This document shows positions 1 through 9,824 of a stretch of DNA of 64,000 bases, one piece after another (position 1 is the stretch's first letter; every line of letters begins with the position of its first letter). The DNA is taken from the NCBI GenBank assembly GCA_021817905.1, contig JAKAFM010000002.1, forward strand, positions 3,807 through 67,806, read 5' to 3'. The translations under genes and the position numbers were made by a program. Source of the stretch: a bacterium (GTDB lineage: Bacteria; Patescibacteriota; Microgenomatia; UBA12405). The notes beneath the pieces were generated by a model, which worked only from the letters and a program-made list of their open reading frames with translations, did no database searches and had not been told where the DNA came from.

Positions 1-922
1 AACCCGAACCGATACTATTTTAGAACGATTTAATCAAGAGAATATATTTAAACACTATTACCCCTTTGCTTCTAAGGAATCTGACATCGGGATAAACCGG
101 TATTATTATCTTGCCGGAATGATGGTAGGCCATGTGGCAAGCTATTTTTCTCCCATAAATATAGGTTATGAAGTTTACCATTGGGTGAGACTATCACCCC
201 AATATATTCCCAGTTTTAGTATGTTAGGGTGGGAGGAAACTATTTTTGTAATTATAGGATTTTTTATGGTGTTACGTAAATTTAGGGATGATTATAAAAT
301 ACGAATATTAGTATATTGGATTATTGCCGGTAGTGCTCCGTCAGCAGTTACTTGGAATTGGTTTCATCCGCTACGGGCACTTAATCTTATGCCTGTTTTG
401 GGAGTATTTGCAATTATGGGGTTGGATTATATTATTGAAACTCGGTATAAAAAAATATATTTATTTTTAGTGTTGGTATGGTTAATTCCGACAGGATCGT
501 TTAGAGTTACTAATGAATTATCGTATAGTGTTTGGAAAAATCATGGTGAATATCAACCAGGTGGGTTTAAGCAGGGTGCTGCGTTGCTCGGTTCCTTAGC
601 AAATGAAGCTAAAACTGTTTATCTTGATAGTTCTCAGGCGCAAAGTTATATATTTTTTCTTTTTTATCAGTCCTATCCTCCTGTATTAATTCAAAAGTAT
701 GCTTCTGTACGACCAGCGGTTGGGGTTGAGGGCGACCTAAGTTTCAATTTTGGAAATTATGTATACCGTAAATTTGATTGGCCAGCTCAACATAATGAAG
801 AAAATGTGGTTTACTGGACTTCTCGTGAAGTAAAGGATGATGAAATTAAAAAAAGTGGTGGTATGATATTTTCAGTAGCGAACGCTGTTTCTAAAAGGGC
901 TGCAGTTATTATAAAAAAATAA
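1..922 (+). CDS. GT-C fold (PMT/ArnT-like) membrane glycosyltransferase, 5' end outside window
   Basis: Frame is open from position 2, upstream of the tracked Met at 119. Multi-TM segment with 'HPLRAL' followed by a soluble C-terminal tail resembling that of 2711..4372. Confidence 0.7.
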   Translation, partial: TRTDTILERFNQENIFKHYYPFASKESDIGINRYYYLAGMMVGHVASYFSPINIGYEVYHWVRLSPQYIPSFSMLGWEETIFVIIGFFMVLRKFRDDYKIRILVYWIIAGSAPSAVTWNWFHPLRALNLMPVLGVFAIMGLDYIIETRYKKIYLFLVLVWLIPTGSFRVTNELSYSVWKNHGEYQPGGFKQGAALLGSLANEAKTVYLDSSQAQSYIFFLFYQSYPPVLIQKYASVRPAVGVEGDLSFNFGNYVYRKFDWPAQHNEENVVYWTSREVKDDEIKKSGGMIFSVANAVSKRAAVIIKK

Positions 923-923
923 A

Positions 924-2714
924 ATGAAAAAAATAGTTATAGCTGTAATTGGAATTTATCTGTTATTAGCCCCATTTTCCTATCATCCTGATACAAAATT
1001 AACTTTGGTTTATCCAGCTTTGGAACATAGTTCCATTTGGAATATTTATGGGTATTTGGATAGCCATAAAACGAATCTCCCTCAATTTCATTATCCGCCG
1101 ATGCATTATTGGATGCTTAAGGCCATATATCCGCCCCTACGACTGCTTGGTGGTAGTCAGTTTGAGACGTGGCTATATTCTGGTTCGAACGAGGCGGCAG
1201 GAATAAGTGGCGTATATTGGTTTAATTTGGTTTCTAAACTTCCAGTATTGTTTTTTACATTATTATCAGGTTTAGTAATTTATCAATTGGCTTATAGTTA
1301 TTGTAAAGACTCACATAAAGCGCGGTGGGCAAGTTTGTTATGGTGGTTAAACCCTTTTACTCTGTATGCCGCAGTGATGATGGGTCAAAATGATATATTT
1401 GCCCTGTTTCCTTTTTTGCTTGGCTTGCTGATCATGCGTCGTCGGCCTATTTTAGCTGCAACCCTGTGGGGATTAGCTGCAGCAATTAAGACTGTACCGT
1501 TATTATGGATACTGGTTGTGTTTTTGGGTAGTAAAGATAAAAAGGATATAAAAACCTGGTTGTTATTGATTATTCCTTTTGTTATTTACGGTGCGACCCT
1601 CTTACCATTTGTGAATTTTGCCTATTTCAAGGAGGCAGTATTGTTTTCTGGGCTGGCAACCCGAATGTTTGATGCTAGAATTGACATAGGATTTGGTGAT
1701 GGGGTTATGATTGCGCCACTTTTATTGATGGTGATAGGGTTGATAGCCCATAAATTTTCCTTATCTAAGGATCTAAAGGGAATTTCTATATTATTAGTAG
1801 CTACTAATTTGGCAATATTGGGCTGGAGTCATTTTAATCCCCAGTGGTTTTTGTGGTTGATTCCGTTTGGAAGCATTTTGTTGGCATTGACAGAGGAGTC
1901 GATGATAGTATGGCTAGGAATGTTAGTAAGCTGGGTAATAGTTATTCTAACTTTTGAAGATGTTTTTCTGTATTGGGGTATTTTTTCTCCACTAAATCCT
2001 AATTTATTAAATCTACCCTTTATCCCTGTGTTTCTAAAGTCTAAAGGTTTTGATGCTGCTTTGCTGCGTGATTCAGCACAGACTTTTATGGCTTGTCTGT
2101 CTTTATTTTTTATTTATCGTTTGACAAGTATTCCGGCCGATACTAAAAAAAATATGGTGTATCTTAACCTTAAAAAACTATGGTTAGTGGCACTTGCTAT
2201 TTGGTTAGTAGTAATGGTGGGAATTAATTTGATGCCAGGAATAAAAGTTGTTGGTAAGTATTCGCAACCATGGGAAGTTAAGGATATAAACCAATCAACT
2301 TATTCGACATCAGTGATGGTTGAAGGATCACTTTCTTATATTGATTTATTAGTAAAAAATCCAAATCTAGAAAGTAAGGCTCCCTTTACGGTAGCACTAT
2401 TTAATGAACGAGGTAATAAATTATTATCTCGTGATTATAGTGGTTACAATGTAGGTGATCCGACAGATTTGCGCGTTGATCTTAAAAATTTACCATTACT
2501 TAGCGGTCATATTTATACTATTACCCTTAGCTCTACGGTTGAACATACGGGGATGTATATTGGATTAAATAAACAACATGAATTGTTTACGCGCGAGTAT
2601 TATCGTTATCGTCCAGGAATAAAGGAGGGGTTGGCGAGTGTGGTTTCGTTGGTTATCACCCAGTGGTGGTGGCTAGCGATAATAGTAGTTATTAGCGTAG
2701 TACTGTTTTTATGA
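924..2714 (+). CDS. GT-C membrane glycosyltransferase (GT87/PIG-M-like)
   Basis: N-terminal 'YHPD', 'YPP', 'LNPF..Y..MMGQND', 'PQW' and many TM helices; shares these motifs with 18336..19511. Confidence 0.7.
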   Translation: MKKIVIAVIGIYLLLAPFSYHPDTKLTLVYPALEHSSIWNIYGYLDSHKTNLPQFHYPPMHYWMLKAIYPPLRLLGGSQFETWLYSGSNEAAGISGVYWFNLVSKLPVLFFTLLSGLVIYQLAYSYCKDSHKARWASLLWWLNPFTLYAAVMMGQNDIFALFPFLLGLLIMRRRPILAATLWGLAAAIKTVPLLWILVVFLGSKDKKDIKTWLLLIIPFVIYGATLLPFVNFAYFKEAVLFSGLATRMFDARIDIGFGDGVMIAPLLLMVIGLIAHKFSLSKDLKGISILLVATNLAILGWSHFNPQWFLWLIPFGSILLALTEESMIVWLGMLVSWVIVILTFEDVFLYWGIFSPLNPNLLNLPFIPVFLKSKGFDAALLRDSAQTFMACLSLFFIYRLTSIPADTKKNMVYLNLKKLWLVALAIWLVVMVGINLMPGIKVVGKYSQPWEVKDINQSTYSTSVMVEGSLSYIDLLVKNPNLESKAPFTVALFNERGNKLLSRDYSGYNVGDPTDLRVDLKNLPLLSGHIYTITLSSTVEHTGMYIGLNKQHELFTREYYRYRPGIKEGLASVVSLVITQWWWLAIIVVISVVLFL

Positions 2715-4372
2715 AAAAATGGCTTCTTTATGGAGCGTTAATTGTCATTGTTTTAACGGCTTTGTTTTTAAGGGTATACCGACTCAATTATTTGGAACTT
2801 TTTGGAGATGAGCTTGATGCGGGATATCAAGCTTATTCATTATTAACGACTGGACGTGACTATAAGGGCCATTATTTACCGTTATACATAGAGAGCTTTT
2901 CTGAATGGAGGGCTCCTTTGCTCATGTATGTAATGGTGCCTTTTATTAAAATATTTGGTCTTAATGAATGGGGAGTGAGATTGACAAGTGCCTTTTTTGG
3001 ATTAGTTAGTATTTTTGTTTTTTGGAGATTATTGCGATTTGGGAAGGAGTCCTTGGTTGTGTTATTAGGAGGCTTTTTGTTTTTGGCAATCAGTCCTTGG
3101 CATGTTCAATACAGCAGGGCAGGATTTGAATTGACGTTACTATCAAGCTTGCTTCTTTTGGGAGTATTGTGGTTTTGGCAGGGACTTGAAGGTAGTAAAA
3201 TTAAAATGATTGGAGGAGCATTTTCTTTTGGGTTAAGCTTGTATGCCTATAGTACGGCAAATGTTTATATTATTTTGCTTGTTGCTTTGGTTGTTGGTAT
3301 TGAGTTTGCTCGATTAAGAGTTAATTTTAAATTTTTAACGGTTTCTTTGGTGCTATTAATAGTGGTGGCTTTGCCGATCATTAGTCAGGTGCTTAGCGGT
3401 CATGGAGCTGATCGTTTTCGTTTATTTTCAGTATTTCAAAATGATGTTTTGATTGGACAAGTAAATGATTATCGTAAAATCGATAGTAGTTTTTTGGGTA
3501 AGATTTTTATCAATCATATAACCATAGTTGGTAAAAAAATTATGGGGAATTACGCAAATGCTTTTGGATATAGTTTTTTGTTGGGTGAAGGTGATGTGAC
3601 CTTTAGACATTCACTCCATTTTGTAGGAATGATATATTGGGTTCAGGCTTTTTTGGTACTTATCGGACTTATTTATTTTTTTGGGAAAAGAAACAAGTCT
3701 AAGAGTGAAATACTATGGTTAGGATTTTTGCTGTTGTCTCCGATTCCTTCGAGTTTAACTATTGATGGAGCAAACCATGCTTCACGTTTATTTTTAATGG
3801 TTTTTCCTTTGGCATATTGGGCCGGGGTTGGCATTAAGGCAGTTTGGCTAAGTAAATTATGGTATAAAACCTGGTTACTAACGATTTTGGGTTTATTATT
3901 ATTATTGTTTGAATTTGGCTTTTATCAGAATTACTATTGGAAACATTATCAACGAGAGTCATGGCGCTGGTGGCAGTATGGGTATAAGGAAGTTATGTCT
4001 GATGTGGACGCACTGGGTTCTAGCTTTACTAAAATATATATAGAAAATACATATGAACCGGCCTTAATTCGATATTTATTTTGGAATGCTTATGATTCAC
4101 ATTTGGTATATCATCTTGATGATGAAATGAAATTGTTGGAAGGAAATTGGCATTACTTTTCGCTTAACAAAAAGATTCGTTTTGTTGATTATGGACCAAA
4201 TTTAGATCAGAAAGAGATGCAATCTAATTCATTATATATTGTTTCACAGTCTCGTAACGTGCCTGGCGATTGGAATTGGGGTATTAATCCGCCTTCGGGA
4301 ATTAAAGTTCTTAAAACGATTTATAATCCTTGGAACCAGCCTATTTTTTATTTGGTAACTAAAAATAGCTGA
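2711..4372 (+). CDS. GT39/ArnT-like (PMT_2) glycosyltransferase
   Basis: TM1 'LFLRVYRL' then acidic 'GDE' motif, 'AISPWHVQYSR', polytopic membrane protein. Confidence 0.85.
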   Translation: MKKWLLYGALIVIVLTALFLRVYRLNYLELFGDELDAGYQAYSLLTTGRDYKGHYLPLYIESFSEWRAPLLMYVMVPFIKIFGLNEWGVRLTSAFFGLVSIFVFWRLLRFGKESLVVLLGGFLFLAISPWHVQYSRAGFELTLLSSLLLLGVLWFWQGLEGSKIKMIGGAFSFGLSLYAYSTANVYIILLVALVVGIEFARLRVNFKFLTVSLVLLIVVALPIISQVLSGHGADRFRLFSVFQNDVLIGQVNDYRKIDSSFLGKIFINHITIVGKKIMGNYANAFGYSFLLGEGDVTFRHSLHFVGMIYWVQAFLVLIGLIYFFGKRNKSKSEILWLGFLLLSPIPSSLTIDGANHASRLFLMVFPLAYWAGVGIKAVWLSKLWYKTWLLTILGLLLLLFEFGFYQNYYWKHYQRESWRWWQYGYKEVMSDVDALGSSFTKIYIENTYEPALIRYLFWNAYDSHLVYHLDDEMKLLEGNWHYFSLNKKIRFVDYGPNLDQKEMQSNSLYIVSQSRNVPGDWNWGINPPSGIKVLKTIYNPWNQPIFYLVTKNS

Positions 4373-4379
4373 AGGTTGC

Positions 4380-5180
4380 TTAATGTTTAGGTATTTTTTG
4401 ACCTAGCCATAGTACGGCTGTTAAAAGTAGATGCTTAAAATAACCATGGTAGATAATGCTACTGGGAATTAACCGTTTCCATTGATTATTTGAATTGGTA
4501 ATATTTTTGCCACTTTGGCCATGGTAATGGATTATTCTTGATTGTGGAAAATAATATACTAATAGTCCCCTTTTTTGAATGGTACGACATAGATCGAGAT
4601 CTTCATAATAGAAAAAATATCGTTCGTTCCAACCACCGACAGCCTCAAAGATTTCCTTTTTAATCATTGCTGCACCACCTGAAATAGCATTGACCATTTG
4701 TGGAGTTTTCCCGAGAGGAACATATTTAGAAAATTTATGTTTACGTTTTAGCCAAAATTCTAAAAACGCTCCCGTAATAGTTTGTTTAGGAAAAACTGAT
4801 GCTTGGATAGAAAGATCACTATTGAGAAGCTGTGGACCAATTATTCCTATTTTATCATTGCTTTCCAGGTACTTTTTCATTTCAATAATACTATTATCGA
4901 TAAGTTTCATATCAGAATTTAGAAAAAGATAAATATCACCTTTGGCAGCTTTTGCACCAATATTATTTGCTTTTGAGAACCCTAGATTCTCTGAGTTCTT
5001 AATATAAGTAAGGACTTTTGAGCTTAGTAAATCTTTCGTATTGTCGGTGGAATTATTGTCTACGATTATAATTTCATAATCCTGATTTTTAAGATGTTTA
5101 TTAATACTATTAACACATTGAAGTGTGATTTCGGCGGTATTCCAAGTGACAATAATTATGGAAATTAAATTATTTTTCAT
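4380..5180 (-). CDS. GT2 glycosyltransferase
   Basis: 'ISIIIVTWN', 'VDNNSTD', 'NLGFSKANN', 'FLNSD', 'YYEDLD'. Confidence 0.9.
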   Translation of the reverse strand: MKNNLISIIIVTWNTAEITLQCVNSINKHLKNQDYEIIIVDNNSTDNTKDLLSSKVLTYIKNSENLGFSKANNIGAKAAKGDIYLFLNSDMKLIDNSIIEMKKYLESNDKIGIIGPQLLNSDLSIQASVFPKQTITGAFLEFWLKRKHKFSKYVPLGKTPQMVNAISGGAAMIKKEIFEAVGGWNERYFFYYEDLDLCRTIQKRGLLVYYFPQSRIIHYHGQSGKNITNSNNQWKRLIPSSIIYHGYFKHLLLTAVLWLGQKIPKH

Positions 5181-6066
5181 GATTGGAAAATAAGTCTAAA
5201 ATCTGACGGTCGGTGCGGACTGGAAAGACGATTGGAGGTGGATTTTGGTTACATTGACGTTTGGCAGCCCGAATAATTTTTATATAATTGGGTCCAAATA
5301 TAACTCTTAAAATAATTGCCAGTCGATTCTTGTTAAGAAGTTCTTTGTCTGTGATATTTCGCCAAACTGTAAGTAATCGGTTTCTTTCTTTAACATATTC
5401 GACGAACCGTCGCGGAAATTTAGAAATAGTGGCTTCATGTTTGTGATCGACGATGGCTTGAGGATCCCAAAGAAGCGTGTAACCTGATTTCCAGGCTCGA
5501 TACCCAAGATCTAGGTCTTCTGAGTAAAAAGGTGCATAAATATTATCAAAACCTCCCAAACGAATAAATTCTGATTTACGGACAATTGAACTTCCCCCCG
5601 AGATCCAGGCACTTATATGGAGTTTAGTAGTGTCGATACCTGGTTCGTGTTGCAGATAACCCTCTTTCCAAAATATTCTAGCCCAATTTTCTCGACCGTA
5701 TTCTGAAAATCCAACACCAAATACTTTAGGATCCTGGAAATGTTTGGTTATATGTTTTAAATAGTTCGGATGGGGATAAATATCGCTATTTAATAATACA
5801 ACAAGGTCACCTTTGGCTTTTTTGATGGCAAAATTTGAATTTCTAGTAAAACCCTGATTATGAACATGGGAAATTAATTTTAGTTGTGGGTATGTTTTCT
5901 GAAGTACTTTTATGGTTTGAAGACTCTTATCTGAAGAGGCATCATCAGCAATAATTATTTCAATTGCTTCGGGACTATTATTAATAATAATCGGTAAGCT
6001 TTTTTTAATTAATTTATTACCATTCCAGTTGGTAACTATAACAGAAATTGTTAACTGTTTATTCAT
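5170..6066 (-). CDS. GT2 glycosyltransferase
   Basis: 'VIVTNWNG', 'ADDASSD', 'LLNSD', 'YSEDLDLGYRAW'. Confidence 0.9.
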   Translation of the reverse strand: MNKQLTISVIVTNWNGNKLIKKSLPIIINNSPEAIEIIIADDASSDKSLQTIKVLQKTYPQLKLISHVHNQGFTRNSNFAIKKAKGDLVVLLNSDIYPHPNYLKHITKHFQDPKVFGVGFSEYGRENWARIFWKEGYLQHEPGIDTTKLHISAWISGGSSIVRKSEFIRLGGFDNIYAPFYSEDLDLGYRAWKSGYTLLWDPQAIVDHKHEATISKFPRRFVEYVKERNRLLTVWRNITDKELLNKNRLAIILRVIFGPNYIKIIRAAKRQCNQNPPPIVFPVRTDRQILDLFSNHEK

Positions 6067-7207
6067 TGATTATTTCTAATAAATATTTCTCGAATTGGGA
6101 TTTAGAGAATTGGTCAACTGAATTGATTGCATTGTTAGAAAGCTCCTGCCATTTGTTAGTGTTGGCAGAAAGTAATTGAGTTTTGGCGATTAGTTGGTCG
6201 GTTGTTTCCCAGAGATAGCCATTTTTATTATCGATAACAATTTCAGGTAGTCCACCGTTGTTGACAACTATTGGTACACATCCTGCAGCCATGGCTTCAA
6301 CTACGCTTATTCCAAAATGCTCTGTTGATTCGGGATGTATTTTTGGATTGACATTATAACCGGCTGCGTGCCAATATATTTTTGACCGTTGATAGAGGTT
6401 AACTAGTTTAGTAAAAGATGGGTTAACTACTATTTCAATTGGAAGATTTTTAGCTAAATATTTGAGGTGTTTGAGGTAATTATTTTCTTCAGGATTTAGG
6501 CTGCCACCCGCAAGAATTAATTTCCACTGTCCTTTATTTTGTTCATTAAATTTTCTAAAGGCGTCAACAAGAACATCCTGTTTTTTGGCATTGAGAACGT
6601 TGTCAAATCTTCCTACAGAAATAATTTTGTTTTCTTTTTTGGTCTTTCCTTTAAAACTATCGACATCAACTGGTGGGTAAACGACATTTATACTTGTTGG
6701 TATTGTTTTATAAAATAAACTGGTAAATTTTGAATTACATATCAGAGAATTAATGTTTCTATATTTAATTCTGTCAGTTAATGAAGTCTTGGTAATAAAC
6801 GGGACTTGCATATGAAGAATATTTTTTTTGGAAAATAGAAGGGGAACGCTGCCGTCGCTTACGTAGAATAGAAGATCATACTGGCTAGTAATTTTTTTCT
6901 TATATAAAAGAGTGTTAATTTTCGCAAATAATGTTTGTTTAATTCTATCTTTTGAGTGTAAAGCGTTGCTTTTAGGTTTTTCAATATGAGCCTCAGGTTG
7001 AAGAAATATATCTGGCTGGATAGATAGTTTGTCCAATTTTAGATGAAAACGGTTGGCGGCTTTTTCTATAAATTCGTGACTACCCGACCAAAAAAGATCT
7101 ACTTGCCAACCATTTTTTATAAGTACCTCTGCAACCGTTAGACAGTAGCGTTCGCCACCTCCGAGGGTATCAAGATATGGATCATAAATACCAGCTTTTT
7201 TATTCAT
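6059..7207 (-). CDS. GT4 glycosyltransferase
   Basis: 'GGGERY', 'YPPVD', 'SVGRF', 'EHFGISVVEAMAAG' (EX7E). Start moved to the ATG at 7207 (MNKKAG), which overlaps the upstream stop. Confidence 0.9.
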   Translation of the reverse strand: MNKKAGIYDPYLDTLGGGERYCLTVAEVLIKNGWQVDLFWSGSHEFIEKAANRFHLKLDKLSIQPDIFLQPEAHIEKPKSNALHSKDRIKQTLFAKINTLLYKKKITSQYDLLFYVSDGSVPLLFSKKNILHMQVPFITKTSLTDRIKYRNINSLICNSKFTSLFYKTIPTSINVVYPPVDVDSFKGKTKKENKIISVGRFDNVLNAKKQDVLVDAFRKFNEQNKGQWKLILAGGSLNPEENNYLKHLKYLAKNLPIEIVVNPSFTKLVNLYQRSKIYWHAAGYNVNPKIHPESTEHFGISVVEAMAAGCVPIVVNNGGLPEIVIDNKNGYLWETTDQLIAKTQLLSANTNKWQELSNNAINSVDQFSKSQFEKYLLEIINE

Positions 7208-7979
7208 GGGTTTGTTGGAGTTCCCATAAGCGGGCGTAAATAATAAAGGTATCAAAAGATTCATAAACTGCTGAAATCCATCCCACTGTGCCATCCCGCC
7301 ACATTTGTTGGAACAACAAACGTTGCATGAATTTAGTAAGCATCATTCGAATAAAGCGCCACCAAACCACTGGAGGATGGTTATTCTTATAGAGTGCCTG
7401 AGCTTCCATATCTGTCCAGATAAGTGATTTTTGAACCATCGAATAAAGATTTCGGTGGGTGTAGTGTAGTAGCGGATATTTAGCGTAAGCCATTTCTCCA
7501 CTTACTTCCGGTTCTTCATGTAGTATTCCAGTCCACTCGTTTAATCGAGATCGTAAAAAGAGGCGTTTAACGTAATCTGGGTAACTTCCACCATACCTTA
7601 CCCGCTTTCCCAAATAATAGTTATTTCTTGGAATCGCATAATAGCTTTTGTCGGAATTTTTAGTAATGGTATAGAGTTCTTCTTTAAGCTCAGTGGTAAT
7701 ACGTTCATCGGCATCAAGATAGAATATCCAGTCGGTAGTGGCTGCTTTTAAGCCAATATTGTGCCATTTTGCATAATTTCGGCCGTACTCGTCTTGAGTA
7801 TTTATAATTTTTATAGAGGGATTAATGCTTAAGGCATTCTTTACAGTATTGTCGGTGGAGTTAGCTGCTACTAAAATTATTTGCTTTGAAAATGCGGCTG
7901 ACTTTAGACAATCAATGATCATCTCCGATTCATTGCCAGCAATAATGATAATGGTTATGTCCAACTTCCCTTGCCCCAT
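7200..7979 (-). CDS. GT2 glycosyltransferase (KdtX/WaaE-like)
   Basis: 'NESEMIIDCLKS', 'YLDADERI', 'YPDYVKRLF', 'LHE', 'DGTVG'. Confidence 0.88.
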   Translation of the reverse strand: MGQGKLDITIIIIAGNESEMIIDCLKSAAFSKQIILVAANSTDNTVKNALSINPSIKIINTQDEYGRNYAKWHNIGLKAATTDWIFYLDADERITTELKEELYTITKNSDKSYYAIPRNNYYLGKRVRYGGSYPDYVKRLFLRSRLNEWTGILHEEPEVSGEMAYAKYPLLHYTHRNLYSMVQKSLIWTDMEAQALYKNNHPPVVWWRFIRMMLTKFMQRLLFQQMWRDGTVGWISAVYESFDTFIIYARLWELQQTHE

Positions 7980-8875
7980 TTATGTGTTAAAAAATCTATA
8001 ATTGCTTGTTTTTCCCACTTTGGCGAACTAAACAATTGATGAAGCATTTGCCTTGATAAGGCAAATTTTGTTCGAAGTCCGGCGTATCTAAAACCAAAAA
8101 GTAAACGATTACGGGTTATAAAATATTCCTGAAGTGACGATGCGGCTGAAGAAGATCCTGAGTTAATGTGCCAAATAATTGATTTGGGAATGTATTTTAA
8201 TTTAAGCCCAAGACGTTTTACTTTTTGGCAGAAATCAACATCTTCAAAGTACATAAAAAGTTTGTTATCAAAAAGTCCGACTTTTTTTAAAACATCCTTT
8301 GTAGTTAGAAAACAGCATCCACTTATAAAGTCAAGATTTTCATATGATTGCTCATATTGGCCAATATCAACCTCATCAATACCCCGATTTGACCCATAGA
8401 TGTTATTCCAGTCAATTATACCTCCAACAGACCAGATTACTTTTCCTAATTCATCTTTTTTGTATCGGGAATGATGATATTCATGGCCGGGAGCAAAATA
8501 AATTTTTGGTCCAACAACTCCAATATCACTATGGTTAATCAATTCGTTAACCAAAATGGTTAAGAAGTTTGGCTTAACGATGATGTCGTTATTTGCGCAG
8601 AGAAAGTAATCGTATTTATTGTCGAGGGCAATTTTAAGTCCATAATTATTTCCACCGACATAGCCTAAATTTGAACCAGTATGATAAATGGAAATGTTTT
8701 TATCGTTTTTAAGTTTGGTTGTAAACTCTTCAATTGAGTTGTCAGTGGAACCGTTGTCGATTAAAAAGATGTGATAATTAAAATTTGGGTGAGTTATCTT
8801 GCTAATGGAATTAATAGTGTCGAGCGTTAGCTTAGGCTGGTTCCAGTTTACGATGATAATAGCGACTTTGACCAT
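7955..8875 (-). CDS. GT2 glycosyltransferase (WbbL-like)
   Basis: 'IIIVNWN', 'DNGSTD', 'NLGYVGGNN', 'NNDI', 'MYFEDVDF'. Confidence 0.9.
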   Translation of the reverse strand: MVKVAIIIVNWNQPKLTLDTINSISKITHPNFNYHIFLIDNGSTDNSIEEFTTKLKNDKNISIYHTGSNLGYVGGNNYGLKIALDNKYDYFLCANNDIIVKPNFLTILVNELINHSDIGVVGPKIYFAPGHEYHHSRYKKDELGKVIWSVGGIIDWNNIYGSNRGIDEVDIGQYEQSYENLDFISGCCFLTTKDVLKKVGLFDNKLFMYFEDVDFCQKVKRLGLKLKYIPKSIIWHINSGSSSAASSLQEYFITRNRLLFGFRYAGLRTKFALSRQMLHQLFSSPKWEKQAIIDFLTHKWGKGSWT

Positions 8876-8876
8876 A

Positions 8877-9812
8877 TTAAAAATTTTTAGTCAAACGATC
8901 AAAACGATGACGAATTGAGACAAATATTTTTTTAACAAAGTTACCAGTGTATTCTTTACTGAAATACCGTGTAAACCAGTAACTATATTCGTATACTGTC
9001 TCTTGACTAGCGGAAACAAATGATTCTTTAGGAAGTGGTTTATCTTGAAATCCTTGCTTTTCCCAAATTTTTAGATAAATTAATTCAATTGAAATTGATT
9101 GAAGAATAGAGAATAAAAGGCCGTGTAAGCCGTCTTTATAACCTTCTGAGGCAAAAAAACGGCTATTAAATTCTTGTACGGGTCTCAGTAAAAAATCACT
9201 TGTTTTTAATTTATAGTCCAGGGCAATTTGTTCATCAGCTTTTACAGAGGCATATCGGAGAGCTTTGTAGATAAAACTATTGATTGAATTGTAGTTATAG
9301 TGCCTGATGGCTAGCTTTTCCGAATCTAGTAAGTTGATACCATTTCCATTGACCTCTGGTTGACTGTGTACTTCTTTAAGCCATTTTACATGACCCTTTT
9401 TAAAAAATCGTATTAAGTAATCAGGCCAGGAGTTAGAATGTCTAATCCATTTATTAAAAATAATGTTTTTTCTCGGAATTTTTACATAATCAACGTCAGT
9501 CCGGTAAGTTATTTTTTTTAGTTCTTGCTTTAAACTAGTGGGTAGAATTTCATCAGGATCTAATAGAATTATCCATTTTCCGGTAGCTTTGCTGATTCCG
9601 AAATTGCGTGCTGGCTCGACAACTTTCATCCATTTATAAGGATAGATTTTTGCACCATATTTGTCGGCTATTTTTTGGCTGTCATCTGAAGAGTGCATAT
9701 CAACAACAATAATTTCATCGGCAAAACCTTTAAGGGAGTGTAAGCATTTTTTGAGACTTTCTGATTCGTTTCGAGTATTAATGACAGCAGAGATTTCGAT
9801 TGAACTTGACAT
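8877..9812 (-). CDS. GT2 glycosyltransferase (KdtX/WaaE-like)
   Basis: 'DEIIVVD', 'ARNFG', 'LDPDE', 'WPDY..RFF', 'VHSQP', 'GYKDG'. Confidence 0.88.
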   Translation of the reverse strand: MSSSIEISAVINTRNESESLKKCLHSLKGFADEIIVVDMHSSDDSQKIADKYGAKIYPYKWMKVVEPARNFGISKATGKWIILLDPDEILPTSLKQELKKITYRTDVDYVKIPRKNIIFNKWIRHSNSWPDYLIRFFKKGHVKWLKEVHSQPEVNGNGINLLDSEKLAIRHYNYNSINSFIYKALRYASVKADEQIALDYKLKTSDFLLRPVQEFNSRFFASEGYKDGLHGLLFSILQSISIELIYLKIWEKQGFQDKPLPKESFVSASQETVYEYSYWFTRYFSKEYTGNFVKKIFVSIRHRFDRLTKNF

Positions 9813-9824
9813 AGCTATAGTTTA